Origin: Paraspadella gotoi
Taxonomy: Eukaryota > Animalia > Chaetognatha
DNA length: 64,000 nt
NCBI GenBank assembly: GCA_051294375.1
Contig: CM119271.1
Span: 16,558,681 to 16,622,680, forward strand
Reading direction: 5' to 3'
The notes beneath the pieces are model-generated. The model saw only the letters and a program-made list of their open reading frames with translations, was not told where the DNA came from and made no database searches. Below, piece by piece: positions 1-13,553 of the stretch. Each line of letters opens with the position of its first letter. Positions within the stretch are counted from its first letter, which is position 1. The translations under genes were made by a program, and so were the position numbers.

Positions 1-610
1 TCAATGAAGTGGAAAATATTTCAAAGAATGTTTCAATTGTATGAAAAGACACACTCCCTTAAGTATTAGATCGGGAATACTTATGTACTCGCCACTAGCA
101 TCAAAATACAAGGAGCTGAATTTTATGAAATTGGTACAACCAATATAAAAATTATCCATTCATTTAATAAATAAGCTATCTTGCCCCTGACTTTGGACAG
201 GCTTTGGTGGTTTAAGCGCCTCCATCACTCTTACAAGATAATGACATAGCAGGTCCTGCCCAAGCTTTCAATCAAGACTCTCTCACAGTCTCGTTTATTC
301 ACTCCCAGAAGTACCTGGCTTCCTATCAATGAAGTGGAAAATATTCAAAGAATGTTTCAGATTGTGATGAAAAGACCACTCCCTTAAGTATTAGATCGGG
401 GAATACTTATTGTACTTCGCCACTAGCATCAAAATACAAGGAGCTGAATTTTATGAAAATTGGTACAACCAATATAAAAATTATCCATTGCATTTAAATG
501 AATAACGCTATCTTGCCTCCTGACTGTTGGACAGGTCTTTGGTGGTTTTAAGGCCAGTCAATCATCTCTGTTACGAAGATAATGACATAGCAGGTCCCTG
601 CAAGCTTTCT
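1..610 (+). repeat. Head-to-tail array of a ~325-bp interspersed repeat (family A)
   Basis: Junction GGAGCTGAATTT|TATGAAATTGGTACAACC at ~124 and ~451. Dispersed copies at 9215-9395(-), 24365-24800, 33323-33392, 42864-43050, 62083-62361(-), 63155-63950. Confidence 0.85.
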
Positions 611-1456
611 GTTTCTGTTTCAAACCTTGGCTCTAACTAACCCTAACCCTAACCTTAATCCCAAATTCTCTAACCCAAATCTTTAACCCACTCTCCCTAA
701 CAATAACCTTTAACCTAAAAATTGAAATTAAATAACTTTTCAGTCTTCTTTAAAATTTTAAAAATACAGGGATAAATCTCTAAGACTCAGCGGGTCCAAG
801 ATGATTTGCGTAAAAATATTCAATTTAACTCCCTCTAGCAGCCATTGCCATCCCAACGACGAATATTTCATTGTAACGAAGCAGTAATACTGTAATACTG
901 CCCGATTACAATAACTCGTTTGTTACACATTGTAATCTTCTGCGATTAAATAAACAAGCTTTTACAGCTTGTAAAATGTAAAAGGTTTGACATGAAAAAA
1001 TCTTAATTAATCGAAACTGTAAACTTAATTTTTATAGGATTTATTTTTATTTTAATATACTATATAAATGAGTAATAAATGAATAGTACAAATAGAAAAT
1101 AATAAACTAAACTAAAATGAATATAAAAAACAAACGTCTAACAAACCAGGAAATGTAGTCGATGTCTTCGTCGTCGTCGTCGTCTTCGTCGTTGTTTTTG
1201 TTTTAAAATGTTTTCTTACCTCATTGTCATTCACCTTTGAACTTTAACTCTTAACTTTCTATAACTATCTTTTTATGTAAACTTTTAATTCAAATTTAAA
1301 CTTGGGTTATTAACTTATATTTGTACAGAAATTTATTCCATAAATATATTTTTTTAAGGTCGGTTCCTTTTCTAATTCAATTTTCAATTATTGTGAAACG
1401 ATAACTTTTTCCTTTTTGTCCTTTTTGAGTAAAACGTAAAAAAATGAGTAAAAAGC

Positions 1457-1518
<62 letters not shown>

Positions 1519-2588
1519 GAGGAAAGAAGAGAAGAGGGTGAGGGAAGGAGGAAAGAGGGAGGAGGGAATGAGGAGAGTGGGAGAAAGAGAGAAGAAAAAG
1601 AGGAGAGGAGGAAGGTGAAGAGAAGAAAAGAGGGAGGGATGAGAGGGGAAGTAGAAGAGGAGAGGAGCGAAGAGGGAAATGAGAAAAAGGAGTGAGGAAT
1701 GTCACAAGTGACACGAGTACCACAAATGTGACAAAATCACGGATCTAAAATTTCTTTCTTCCCGAGTTGAAGCCTGAAGAGTAATTTTTATTGGCCATCT
1801 TCTCCGAAAGCTTCTCATTTCAGATTTAGAATTAATTTAGTTTAGTTTATTTAATTTAGGTTAACTTAAAATAAAATTAGATTTCTTTTTAGATTTAAAA
1901 ATAAAAATAAAATATTAAGAGACAGAGATTGGGATTAGGTTAAGGAATGGGATTAAAGTTTAAGGGTAAAGAGATAAGGTTATGGATTATGGTTAAAGAT
2001 TAGGTATTAAGATTAAGATTAGAAATTAAGGATAAGGTTAGGGTTAGGGATTAGCGTTAGAAATTGAATTAAGCATTTTAAAAAGGATTAGGCTTAGGTT
2101 AAAAATAAATTAAGGGATTAGAAACAGACATAGTGTGGCAGTTATTAAAGGGACAAAGTTCAGATCGAGAATGATATATTCTCCAACAACAAATATAAAA
2201 ACAACAAGTGAAAATGCTAAGTCTAAAACAGTAAACAAAAACTTGACCAAGGAACAGGCTAAGGACAGACGAGAGAGAATCAATGATAACAGTGGTGATC
2301 CTTCGGCGATTGAGTGAGAGAGAGTTCCATCTGCTAAGGTCGCGTCTTCTTCTTGCCACACATTCCCCCCAGACCCCCCAGACCAGGGGGAAAAGGCTGA
2401 GAGTTCTGATCGTTCCCATCTTTGACCGGTGGTTGCAGCATTGTTGGGAGGTTGCTGATGAGGCACACCACATATGGCAACGGGAGGAATGCCCGTGATA
2501 CCAGGGGCGCGGGATATCTCACCAACCTCCTCCTGTCACTGGTATGTTTAGTAGGCCGGAACAGGTTGAAAACTAGAAGTTCTTTCAA

Positions 2589-3047
2589 NNNNNNNNNNNN
2601 NNNNNNNNNNNNNNNNNNNNNNNNNNNNNNNNNNNNNNNNNNNNNNNNNNNNNNNNNNNNNNNNNNNNNNNNNNNNNNNNNNNNNNNNNNNNNNNNNNNN
2701 NNNNNNNNNNNNNNNNNNNNNNNNNNNNNNNNNNNNNNNNNNNNNNNNNNNNNNNNNNNNNNNNNNNNNNNNNNNNNNNNNNNNNNNNNNNNNNNNNNNN
2801 NNNNNNNNNNNNNNNNNNNNNNNNNNNNNNNNNNNNNNNNNNNNNNNNNNNNNNNNNNNNNNNNNNNNNNNNNNNNNNNNNNNNNNNNNNNNNNNNNNNN
2901 NNNNNNNNNNNNNNNNNNNNNNNNNNNNNNNNNNNNNNNNNNNNNNNNNNNNNNNNNNNNNNNNNNNNNNNNNNNNNNNNNNNNNNNNNNNNNNNNNNNN
3001 NNNNNNNNNNNNNNNNNNNNNNNNNNNNNNNNNNNNNNNNNNNNNNN
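2589..3047. other. Assembly gap (others at 4048-4257 and 53220-53229)
   Basis: Runs of N. Confidence 1.
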
Positions 3048-4464
3048 ATAAAATAATGGTTAAGTGACTGTTAGAAATAATGAAAATGAAAATAATTTTT
3101 AAATTTATCTTATTAATTAGCCACGGAGGCATTTAAAGATTATTTTAATTACAATATAAATTTAAAATATTTTTTAATTTTTTCAATTTTTTTTTAATAG
3201 ATTCAGATAAAGCTTTAAAAATTAGATAAAGGTTATTAAACAAATTTTAAAAAATTTTGTTTATTGATAAAAATTTTAAAAAAACCATGAAATTAAGCAA
3301 TGATGATGATGATAATAATTTTTTCAGGTTTTTCTATTTTTAATTAATTATTGTCAAAATTTTAAAAAATGTAGGACTAACCTTTTAAACTTTTAAGCTC
3401 TATAGGAATCGTTCTTAAAAAATATTAATTAAATTTTTTATTTGTTATATATTAATAAATATTTAAAAGCTTAAGTGCAAACAACCCAATGAACTAATTC
3501 AAAAAGTTGCATTGAAAATCGATTAATCAATCAATCAATCAATCAATAAACAAATAAATAAAGTAAGTTTGCTGTTGCCTTACTTTTTTTAAAAATTGAA
3601 AGAAGACGATTTCTTGTTTTACTTATTTTTTTATAAAATATAAAGAGTTATGATATATTTTATATACATATATATAAATAAAAATTCAAAATTTAAAATT
3701 TAAAGGTACGATTTATGTAATGACTTTTTGCTGGTCATTAAAATCGTCGTTACAAACAGTACATTAAAGTACAATTACAATACATTTCTGAATTTGACAT
3801 TGGTCTTGTCTGCGAATCTGAAGCCATCTATCTTAATTTCCAAACGCTCCCTATTTCAGACTAAATTCAGAATAATGATTAATTAATTTTTTTGCTTTAA
3901 AGATTAAGTTTAAGATTAGGAATGAGGCTCAAGTTAGGGATTAAAGTTAATAGTTTAGTTTAGAATTTGGCTAAAAATTTGGCTTTAGATTATGGTTAAA
4001 AATTAGTGAAAACAAAGTTTAGATTTGTACTACAACGGTTTTATTTANNNNNNNNNNNNNNNNNNNNNNNNNNNNNNNNNNNNNNNNNNNNNNNNNNNNN
4101 NNNNNNNNNNNNNNNNNNNNNNNNNNNNNNNNNNNNNNNNNNNNNNNNNNNNNNNNNNNNNNNNNNNNNNNNNNNNNNNNNNNNNNNNNNNNNNNNNNNN
4201 NNNNNNNNNNNNNNNNNNNNNNNNNNNNNNNNNNNNNNNNNNNNNNNNNNNNNNNNNTAGGTTTTAAGATTACATTAAGTATTTGGTAGATATAAAAGAT
4301 TAGAGTTAACTATTTTGGTTAAAACTAAGTTAGGAGATGGGAATAGAATTGAGGCGCGTTCGGAAAATAGTGCCTTCTTTTCACAACGCAGAACGCAAAA
4401 TCGTCGAGAGGAGTTCTTTTACGACACGAGTTAAAAATTGAGTTTGAGCGTAAACGTGAAGAGG

Positions 4465-4505
<41 letters not shown>

Positions 4506-7289
4506 ATGGAACTTGATTTTCGTTCCTAATCTGTTTTCATGTCGACGGATTATAAGTTAAGCTTTACTTCGTCTACGATTTAAGTTCGAGTCTTCCCAAA
4601 GTCTTCCTCTCAGACTCCTTTAAGTCTTCCTCCTTTCTCAATCTCTCCTCTTTTCTTAGTTTCAGTCTTCCTCTTCTTAGACTCTCAGCCTTCCTCCAAA
4701 CTTCTTTTTTTCTCTTCGGGAATTTTGGTCAAGTCCTTTCTCGGCTCTCTTTTCCGAAAGTGGACCAATTTTTGTTCAATTATCCCATTTAACTGAAAAA
4801 TATTCTTAAACTTATAAACTAATTTTTAACCTTAATCCCTAACCCTAATCTTTAAACCTAACCTAATTCTGAACCCTTATCCTTTAACCTAACCACTAAC
4901 CTTAAACACGAGACCTTAACCCAAATTCCTAATCACAAACTAAGTCCATAACCTTAATCTCCTACCTAATCCATAATCTCTTACATAATCTTTAACTAAA
5001 CAAATTTGAGCAAACAATGTCGGATCTGCCCACGATCATTAATTAAAAAATTAATAAATTTGATCTGAAATGTTTGTTTTTTGGTCTTTTTGTCACTGAC
5101 CACGACAAAAGCAACGACGACGATGATGGCGACGACGACAATAATGCCGATAACGATTGACTTGATTGATTGATTGAGTGATTAAGTAATTCATTAATTT
5201 ATAAATAAATTGATTGATTGAATAATTAATTAACAGGTAACTAAATAAATTGATTGATTAAATAATTGATTGATAAATTGACCGATTAATTCATTATTTA
5301 TTAATTAATTGATTAATTTTTTGATTAATTATTACATCTTGCATTTACATTTAATATAAAAAGAAAAAGAAGCATAATCAATTAGTGAAACAGGTTTTTT
5401 GTCTTTTCCATTAAAACTCATTTCCACTCAGACGATTCCATCGAAACTTGATTTCCAGTTTAATCACACACTTTTCTACCCAAATACAAAATTTCAAGTC
5501 AATCGTCCCATTCATATCCAGTAATTGAAGTTAAAATAGTGAAATAGATTTTTTGGTTTTTTCCATTTTAACTCATTTCCACTCGTACGGTTCAATCGAA
5601 ACTTCATATCCAGCTTAATCACACACTTCCCTACCCACATACAAAATTCCATTCCAATCCATTCATCCAATCACGAGTAATCACGAGTTTTTTGCTAAGG
5701 TGGGATGGACGGACAGACGGACGGACAGACAGACGGACGCACAGATGGCGAATGGACGGATGGACGGACGTCTTTTTCTGCATAATTTTCTCCCTTAATT
5801 TTTTTCCTTTGTCAGGTCAGCGACCTCTGGTATCTCTTACCTAGGAGTGACCTTGTTTGACGTCATCTGAATCCGTACATCTGTTTTTTTATGCAAAGAA
5901 AATGAAAGAATTAAAGAAAGAAAGAAAGAACAAAGGAAAGAAAGAAAGAAAAATAAAAAGTATAAAAGACAGAAAGCGAAATAGAATGAACAAAATGAAA
6001 AAGAGAAAAAGAAAAAGAAAGGAAGACAAAAAAATAATAAAATATTGAAGAAAAAAAAAGATAGAAAGAAAGAAAGAAAGAAAAAAAGAAAGAAAGACAA
6101 AAATAAAGGAAAACAAAACAAAAAATAAGGAAAGACAGAAAAAAAAAGAAAAATAGAAAGAGCAAAAGAAAAAAAAAGAAAGACAGAAGAATTACAAGAG
6201 CCAAAAGGAAAGGAAAACAAAGAAAAAAATAAAGAAAGAAGAAAGAAAGAAAGAAAGAAGAAAAGAAAGAAAGAAAGAAAGAAAGAAAAAGAAAGAAAGA
6301 AAGAAAGAAAGAAAAAGCAAAAAGGAGCAAAAGAAAGAAAGACAGAAAGATAAAGAAAGACTGAAGAAAGAGCAAAAGAAAGAGCAAAAGAAAGGCAAAA
6401 GAAAGAGCAAAAGAAAGCAAGCCATTTAAAAAAAGTCGGTACAAACTCAATTATCATCGAAGTCGCTTCCTCGTTTTTTCGTCGTCGCTCGAATCTCAAT
6501 GGAGGAACAGGTTTCGATCGGCAGGCGTTGTTGTTTCGTCGTTGTTGTTGTTGTTGTTTGTTGTTGTTTCGTTGTTGACATCTTATCTTATCTTATCTTA
6601 CTATATTTGGGATTTAAGAAAGAAATCTAATCGAAACTTTTCATCCACATTTTCTTTGAACAAAAACGATCAATTTTTCAATTTTCTTTCTTTTATTTCT
6701 CTTCTCTTTCTTATCTTCTCTTCTCTTCTCTTCTCTCTTCTCTTCTCTTCTCTTCTCTCTCTTTCTCTCTCTTCTCTTCTCTTCTCTTTCTTCTCTTCTC
6801 TCTTTTTATTTTCCTTCCTTCACTTCTTTTCTCTATTCTATTCTATTCTATTCTATTATATTCTATTCTATGTATGTATGCTTTTCTGTTCTATGTAATT
6901 GTCTGATTTCTTATTTAATTTTTCTCCACGAATTCCTTTTCTCTTTCCCTTTCCATTCTTTTCTTTCCTTCACTCTCTCTCCCTGTCCTTTTCCACTCCC
7001 TCTCCCTCTTTTATGCCCACTCCCTCTCTCTCTTTTTCTCTCACGAATTCAATTACTATCCGATTTGACTCGTAGTATCAACCACGGGATCCAAGCGCCT
7101 GACGAGGCCCGGATGTTCGGCCCCGGATGTTTAGCCATTGACAAAAAAGAGAAATAGTGAAATCTTTTTTTAAAAATCATTGATGTCGTAATCGTCGTCG
7201 TTGTTGTTGTTGTTTAGTTGTTGTTGTAGTTCAACTTCAACTTCTAATTTAAATTTTATTCGTTAAATTCATTTAAATTTAAGATGTGA

Positions 7290-7840
7290 AAGTTGCAGAT
7301 CAAAATTTGAAAAGTTAATCATGAACAGTCTTAGAGTAAAAAACTTTGATATATAAAAAAAATTGTTTTTAAATTTCTCAATTTTCGTATACGACAATAT
7401 TTATACATAGTACTTACCATAGAAAATGTTAAAATTTTAAAATAATGTTTCTTAATTTTGAAAGCAGATTCGAATTCCTCAAAAAAAAATTGATAAAAGA
7501 AAATATAAGTCTTAAACAAAAATGTTTTAATTAAGTTTGCCAAAAAATTAAAAAACTATATTTTTTAAACTAAAATTTAATTATAATAGTTTTTTCCGAT
7601 TTTGATCCACTTAATGAAATAATTTTCTAAAAAGAGTTATATTTCTTTATATCAACTTTTCGTAAGGAATTCTAATCTCCTTTTAAAAATAAGGAAAAAA
7701 CATTTTTAACATTTTCTATGGTGAGTACTGTATAAATATGGGCGTATGCAAAAATTGAAAAATAAATATTAAATTTTTTAATTTAAGAATGTTCACAGGT
7801 ACTAGCCTGTTCGTGATCTACTATTTGAATTTTGATTCTA
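7290..7840. mobile_element. Foldback-like element with long imperfect inverted arms; related copy at ~21800-22280
   Basis: TCATGAACAG/CTGTTCGTGA and AGTACTTACCATAGAAAATGTTAAAA/TTTTAACATTTTCTATGGTGAGTACT inverted pairs; central CCACTTAATGAAATAATTTT shared with 22077. Confidence 0.6.
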
Positions 7841-7908
7841 CTTGATTTGAATATTTTTGCTACGCTTTAATATATATATTTATTTTTTTATTATTTATTA
7901 TTTATTTT

Positions 7909-8008
<100 letters not shown>

Positions 8009-8074
8009 ATTTACCTCTTTATCGTTTTTTATCAACTTAGGATTTATCAATTCCCACATCAAAATAAACTTGTA

Positions 8075-8174
8075 CATGGTGTCAATATAAATCGATTTTT
8101 ATATGTCTTGACAAAAATAGATTTGAAAATCTTTGAAAATTTTGAATAAGATCATATTAATATTATTAATATTA

Positions 8175-8210
<36 letters not shown>

Positions 8211-9130
8211 GTTGTTGTTGTTGTGTGTTGTTGTTGTTGTTGTTGTTATTATTATTATTATTATTTGTATTATTATTAATATTATTATATCTGAAAGCAA
8301 ATATGTAGAGAATGAGTTACTTAGTACGAATATTTAAGTATAAAACTTAACCTGCCATCTTTAATGTAATTAGGATAATAAAAACCGAGACAACTTTCAA
8401 AAAATAAATAGCTAAAAGGCAAATTTATGATTATTATTAAATTGTGATTAGCTATTTTAGCAGATTCGAAAACGAAAGTTTTAGTATTTTTTTACAACGA
8501 TTTTTATTTACAAAATATTGGACATGTTTCGACTCTTGTCGACATGTCCAATATTTTGTAAATAAAAATCGTTGTAAAAAAATACTAAAACTTTCGTTTT
8601 CGAATCTGCTATCTTATTGAACAACGAAAAGAGAGAAAAAAAAATTACACAATGATTAGCTATTTTAAATAATTTTTTTCTTGGGTATTATCATGATACC
8701 CCAATAAATGATGACTCTTTAAAATATAATAATTTAAACAGGTTATATATGTTAAAAACAGATTTAAAATTTTGGATAATTCAATTTCTATTTTCTTATT
8801 TGAACAGAGGCTGGGCAGGTTAACTTTTTTATTAGAGCTTTAATAAGCAAATCAGCTTTCAGAAGATATTATTATTAATAAGATTTTAAATAATATTTTT
8901 TTTAAAAACGTACTTGAAGTTAAATAAAAAAAATAAAATTTAGAAATAATGAGTTAAACAATGAAAGCCCATTTTTAGAGCTAACTTTGTCCACTTTGTC
9001 AAGGCATATTTTAACTGATGAATAAGAAATTTTTACACAGTTTGGTATTTTCCACTAAACCCATTTTTTAAATTAATGAAGTGCGCAATGGCAGCGCTTT
9101 TTTAGCTGGGGGTTTAAAATTGTTATCATG
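8075..9130. mobile_element. Diverged, oppositely oriented copy of the 47525 MITE; hosts the Penelope palindrome
   Basis: TA-CATGGTGTCAAT...AAAATTGTTATCATG-TA ends; internal blocks match 47760-48330 in reverse complement. Confidence 0.7.
8460..8652 (+). mobile_element. Penelope-like terminal fragment with a 70-bp perfect palindrome and 15-bp TSD
   Basis: Arms 8458-8527 and 8542-8611; TSD TGATTAGCTATTTTA at 8445-8459 and 8653-8667; shares GACATGTTTCG, CAACGATTTT and CAACGAAAAG with the 53926 copy; the empty site is visible in the host-MITE paralog near 48000-48060. Confidence 0.75.
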
Positions 9131-9838
9131 TACAATGGTACATCCTTAACGGTCCCGTAACTTGACAGAGAATGTTCTTGACGATTTCCAAATAGACAAA
9201 AAATTATAAAATTACTCTGAGAGTGAATAAACGTGACTGTGAGTCTTGATTGAAAGCTTGCAGGGACCTGCTATGTCATTATCTTGTAAGAGTGATGGAG
9301 GCCTTAAACCACCATAGCCTGTCCAAAGTCAGGGGCAGGATAGCTTATTTATTAAATGAATGAAAATTTTTTATATTGGTTGTAACAATTTCATATAATA
9401 ATTAATATTAATAATAATAAATATATAATAAATTATAAATGCGCGTTATCTTGCATTTTGTCCTCTTTCTAAACTCAACGCAATAATATATTTATTTAAT
9501 TTTCTACTCTTGAAAACTTGAACCGATTCGATGTTTTAAACAGAAACAAAACCAGTGGCTGCGCTAATAGATGTAAATCACTTTCAAGGGCTTAAACTGA
9601 ACTGTTACTGTGGCACTAATAATATTTTTCTACTTGCAAAAATATTTTATAAATCAAAATAATATTATTTTTGTTTCGATATATTGTATATGATTAAAAT
9701 GCTTTGATCATTACATAGAATAAGAAAAAGAATAAACTAAAAAATTGCTATTTTGTTGAAGAGCAGGTGGAAGTGAAGATCTAGTGGGTAAAGATTAAGT
9801 ATATTTTGAATGTCCTTTTGTCTTATAAAAGCTTCCTT

Positions 9839-10662
9839 TGAAGAGACAGTAATAATTAGGCCGGAACAGGTTGAAAACTAGAAGTTCTCTCAAATAAATA
9901 ATGGTTAAGTGACTGTTAAAGAATATGAAAATGAAAATAATTTTTAAAATTTATCTTATTAATTAGCGCACGGAAGCATTTAAAGATTATTTTATTACTA
10001 TATAAAATTTAAAATTTTTTTAAAATTTTTTAATTTTTTTAATAGATTCTGATAGAGCTTTAAAACGTTAGATAAAGGTTATTAATAAAAATTTTTAAAA
10101 TTTTGTTGTTTTATGGATGAAAATTTTAAAAAACCATAAAATTCAGCCGATGATAATGATGATGATGATTTTTTAAGGTTTTTTCTATTTTTATCCAATT
10201 TATTGTCAAAATTTTAAAAAATTGTAGTACTAACCTTCATTTAACTTTTTAAGCTTTATAGGAATCCGTTTTTAAAAAATTTTGTTATTTGTTATATATT
10301 AATAAATATTTAAAAGCTTCAACAACCCAATGAACTAATTCAAAAAGTTGCATTGAAAATCGATTTAGTAATAGAAGGAAAAAATAAATTTTTTTGAAAG
10401 AACTAGAAGTTATAAAGTGTTAAATTTTGGCCCGCCTTAGTAATTATTGCTATGAATTAGTGACAGAACCGTTCAATATAAGCAGTACCTGAGCTTCAGA
10501 TCAGGCTGTAACACTGTGTTACAGGCGGGTTAAGTGCCCCGTCCCTTTTAACTGCTCGGCAACCACCGGGCTAGAACCCTGGACCTTTGGGTTGGCAGGC
10601 GAATGACTTGCCTCTGGCACCAATGGCCGCTGATGAACGATTGGTGGATTTCAGTCCACCAT
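9839..10662 (-). mobile_element. Internally deleted copy of the tRNA-Gly SINE-like element, interrupted by the 9857-10439 element
   Basis: Same TGAAGAGAC terminus as 43089; tRNA-like head 10630-10559; approximate TSD CTTCCTTTG/CCTTCTTTG in the host repeat, whose empty site is at ~46305-46330. Confidence 0.7.
9857..10439 (+). mobile_element. AT-rich non-autonomous element (second copy at 2552-~3525, spanning an N-gap)
   Basis: TAGGCCGGAACAGGTTGAAAACTAGAAGTTC start and the body are shared with 2552-3525; weak inverted ends TAGGCCGG/CCCGCCTTA. Confidence 0.65.
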
Positions 10663-11052
10663 ACCTTCTTTGTAAAGCCCTGGAGTAGAATAGGATGAAA
10701 ACTATTTCTGTAGAAAATAAAGGGAAAATGCTCATAGTAGAGAAATTAAGAGACAAATCCTCCTAGTAGGAAGATATAGACGGAAAAAAAAGAAAAAAAA
10801 AGAAACTAAATGGTACAATTTCAGAGGTTAAGTGATTCACAATATAGTTCACCATTGCTACAGTCACTGTCATTTTGTGCAGGGGCGGCGAGAGAAATGG
10901 CCGCCCCCCCCCTGCTCTCGATAATTTTAGTTTTTAGTTTTCGATTACAGACTTTCTGCTTTGAGAATTTCTCCAGTGCTCAAACTTCTGCCTCCTCTTC
11001 TTTTTATCTTCTTTTTTTCTTCTTTTTTTCCTACTTTTTTCTCTCTTCTCAG

Positions 11053-11113
11053 GGCCATCCCGGGCCCTCCGCCTGAAACGAATGAAATCCTCCCTCTCAC
11101 CGCCCCTGATTTT
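11053..11113 (+). other. Candidate 61-nt exon (AIPGPPPETNEILPLTAPDF)
   Basis: Long pyrimidine tract + ctcag acceptor, GTGAGA donor, GC-rich open frame; no homology recognised. Confidence 0.3.
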
Positions 11114-11859
11114 GTGAGATTAGCGAGAAGACAAATTTGTATTGATTTAAAGATAGAAAAAATCACAGAATCACAGATTCAAAGTTCAAAGAGCGTTTGT
11201 GAATGAAAGACATACAAATACATAGAAGCAGAAAACAGAAGGCAAACGAAAACTTATACGCGCTTCAATGTAAAAAAAAAGAAAGAAAAGAGAGAGAGAG
11301 AGAGACGAGAGATGAGAGGAGAGACGAGGAGAGGAGGAGAGAGAGAGAAGAGTAGAGAGAGAGAGAGAGAGATATTTTATTTTTTTCTCGATCAAAGACA
11401 AAGAAATTCAAGCCTTTAAATCAAACTTGATCACGTGACATGGATGCGTAGTTGTTTCCTTGTCGACGTATCCGCCGAAACAAAAGGCGCCAATGACTCG
11501 GTTCCGCTTCTTAACGGCGACAGCGGCGTGCAGCATCAGTCCGCCGCCGTCGACGCAGAGCTCCGCCGGAAGGTCGGGCTCATCTTTCCAAGTCGAGTTT
11601 CTGGTTTCAGGTGGTGGTGGGGTTCAAAGAAATATTATATTTAGTTATTTGATGACTTTAATCTGTGATTTATTTGTGATCACTCTGTATTAAAAAGTCG
11701 TGAATGCGTCGTGTACGCATCCAGAAAAAAAATCTTAAAAGTAGTATTGATCGAGCCTGCTAGCTATTAAAGAAAATCAATGAAAAAATCCGGAAAAAAA
11801 ACCAATGCTTGATGCGATAACGAATTATTAATGTAATAGTAAATTATTGATGTAATAGG

Positions 11860-12080
11860 ATATATTGATTGTGATGATAACCAATTATTGACGCGATTTG
11901 ATAACCAAATATTGATGCGATATTATCCAATAATTGATGCGATGATAACCAAATGATTGATGTGATGATAACCAAATGATTGATGTGATGATAACCAAAT
12001 GATTGATGCGATGATAGTCATCATTGATGTGATGATAATCATTCATCGATACGATAATAGTCATTCATTGACGCGATGAA
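11860..12080. repeat. ~21-23-bp minisatellite (TTGATGTGATGATAACCAAATGA)n
   Basis: Read directly. Confidence 0.8.
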
Positions 12081-13553
12081 ACATTCATCGTAAATAAAAC
12101 AAACAAATGCGTGTATGAGTGAAGAGAAGAGAAAGAGAGAGAGAAAGAGAAAGAAAGAGAGAGAGAAAGAAAGAGAATAAATCCACGAAAATCTCGGATG
12201 TAAATTTGGGATTTTGTATTGAAAAAAAAGCGCGGATTGAGGCGACTTACCACCGGTCTCTCTCTCTTAACCCTTCCTCTCTCCTCTTTATCCGAGCCGG
12301 TCTATCCACACGGTCACTTTGCCCTCGTCTTTGGCAATGACCTTAGATTGACCGGACACAGGAATAGGGCCGAGGCGACCGTAAGGTCAAGTTGGTCCGG
12401 GCGATGATAAAAGTGGATCAGGAGAGAGCTCGTCTCACTTCTTTTCTAATTCTCTTACATCGTCACAATTCTTCACCTTCTCCTCACTTTTATTATTACT
12501 ATTTTCGTCTTCTACAGGATTAAATTTTTTCAAAAAACGAACGATCACGCAAGAGATCGTACAGTGAGAGAGAGACAGAGAGAAAGACAGAGGAAAGACA
12601 GAGAGAAACAGAGAGAGACAGAGAGAAGAAAGCTGGACAGCCGCTGGAAGGCAGCTGTACAGTCACTGCATAGCCTGAACTCGTTTTTAAACGGTTCAGA
12701 TAAGGCAGCGCCTGACAAAAATAAGAAGAAAAATATATATAAAAGAAAGGCAAAAAAATGTTACAATTTTTTCCAATCATAGCTTGTAAAAGATTTTATT
12801 TTTATTTGTATTAAAATTAAGATATAGCTGCTCATTAAAAAGGTCTTTTTATTTCTCATGTTTTTTATTGTTTCAAAGATTTCTTTATGAATTTCATCTT
12901 CAATGTTATTTACTGCAATATGTAAATAAGATTAAAGCGTTTCTATAAAATAATTTGGATATTATATTGAGTACTATAATCTCATTTGAATATGGCAGTA
13001 AATCATAATGAAGTGGAAATTCAAACAAAAAATAATTGAATCAAATGTAATATTTAATATTTAATATTTTTAACTTACTATGATCACACACTTTTGTAAA
13101 ACTTTATCATAATTCATAATAATTTTTATTTAAAAAAAAACGGTAAGTCCCAGCCAAACCTATAAAATCGTAGTAGTTTTTATATAAAAACAGCGTGACG
13201 CCGACGACGACGACGACGACGCCGACGACGACGACGACGACGACGACTACGTCACAAAGAAGCAATCCTAAAACATTAAATAGAGCCAGGACCTGGCTCG
13301 ATAAAAAGCGGCTGGAAGGCAAGCGCACCAGTGGTTTTGATGTAAAGTATTATCAATTTGCCTTTTTGGAACTTAAACGTCAGGGAATTTACTAATAAAA
13401 TGATCAAATATCAATCATATTCAATCAGTTAATAGTAATAACAAATATTTTCATTTCACTCCCATTTAAAATCCGAGTATAATCTATGTTTCGACTACTT
13501 AATATTAATTGTAAAATAATGTTTCATTGAATTAATACTATTAATCTCTTCAG

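Noticed and set aside
630-720. True telomere or chromosome-fusion site (CCCTAA tracts)
   Set aside because: Highly degenerate, and similar tracts elsewhere are bounded by MITE termini.
2422-4267. ORFs made mostly of X
   Set aside because: They span N-gaps.
7098-7130. CTGACGA-GGCC..GGCC hammerhead-like core (also CTGATGA at ~2455, ~10630, ~43548, ~63774)
   Set aside because: No GAAA after the stem, or no helix II; catalytic core incomplete.
5837-7157. Long F/L/S-rich or K/R/E-rich ORFs (also 1388-1723, 18587-19494, 20197-20991, 23481-24389, 57421-57891, 60533-62070)
   Set aside because: Translations of (AAAG)n, (AG)n and (GAG)n simple repeats that happen to lack stops; no domains.
10559-10630. 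Functional tRNA-Gly gene (also 43477-43548)
   Set aside because: Anticodon stem and T-loop are degenerate, and it is embedded in a repeat with shared flanks, so it is a SINE-like head.
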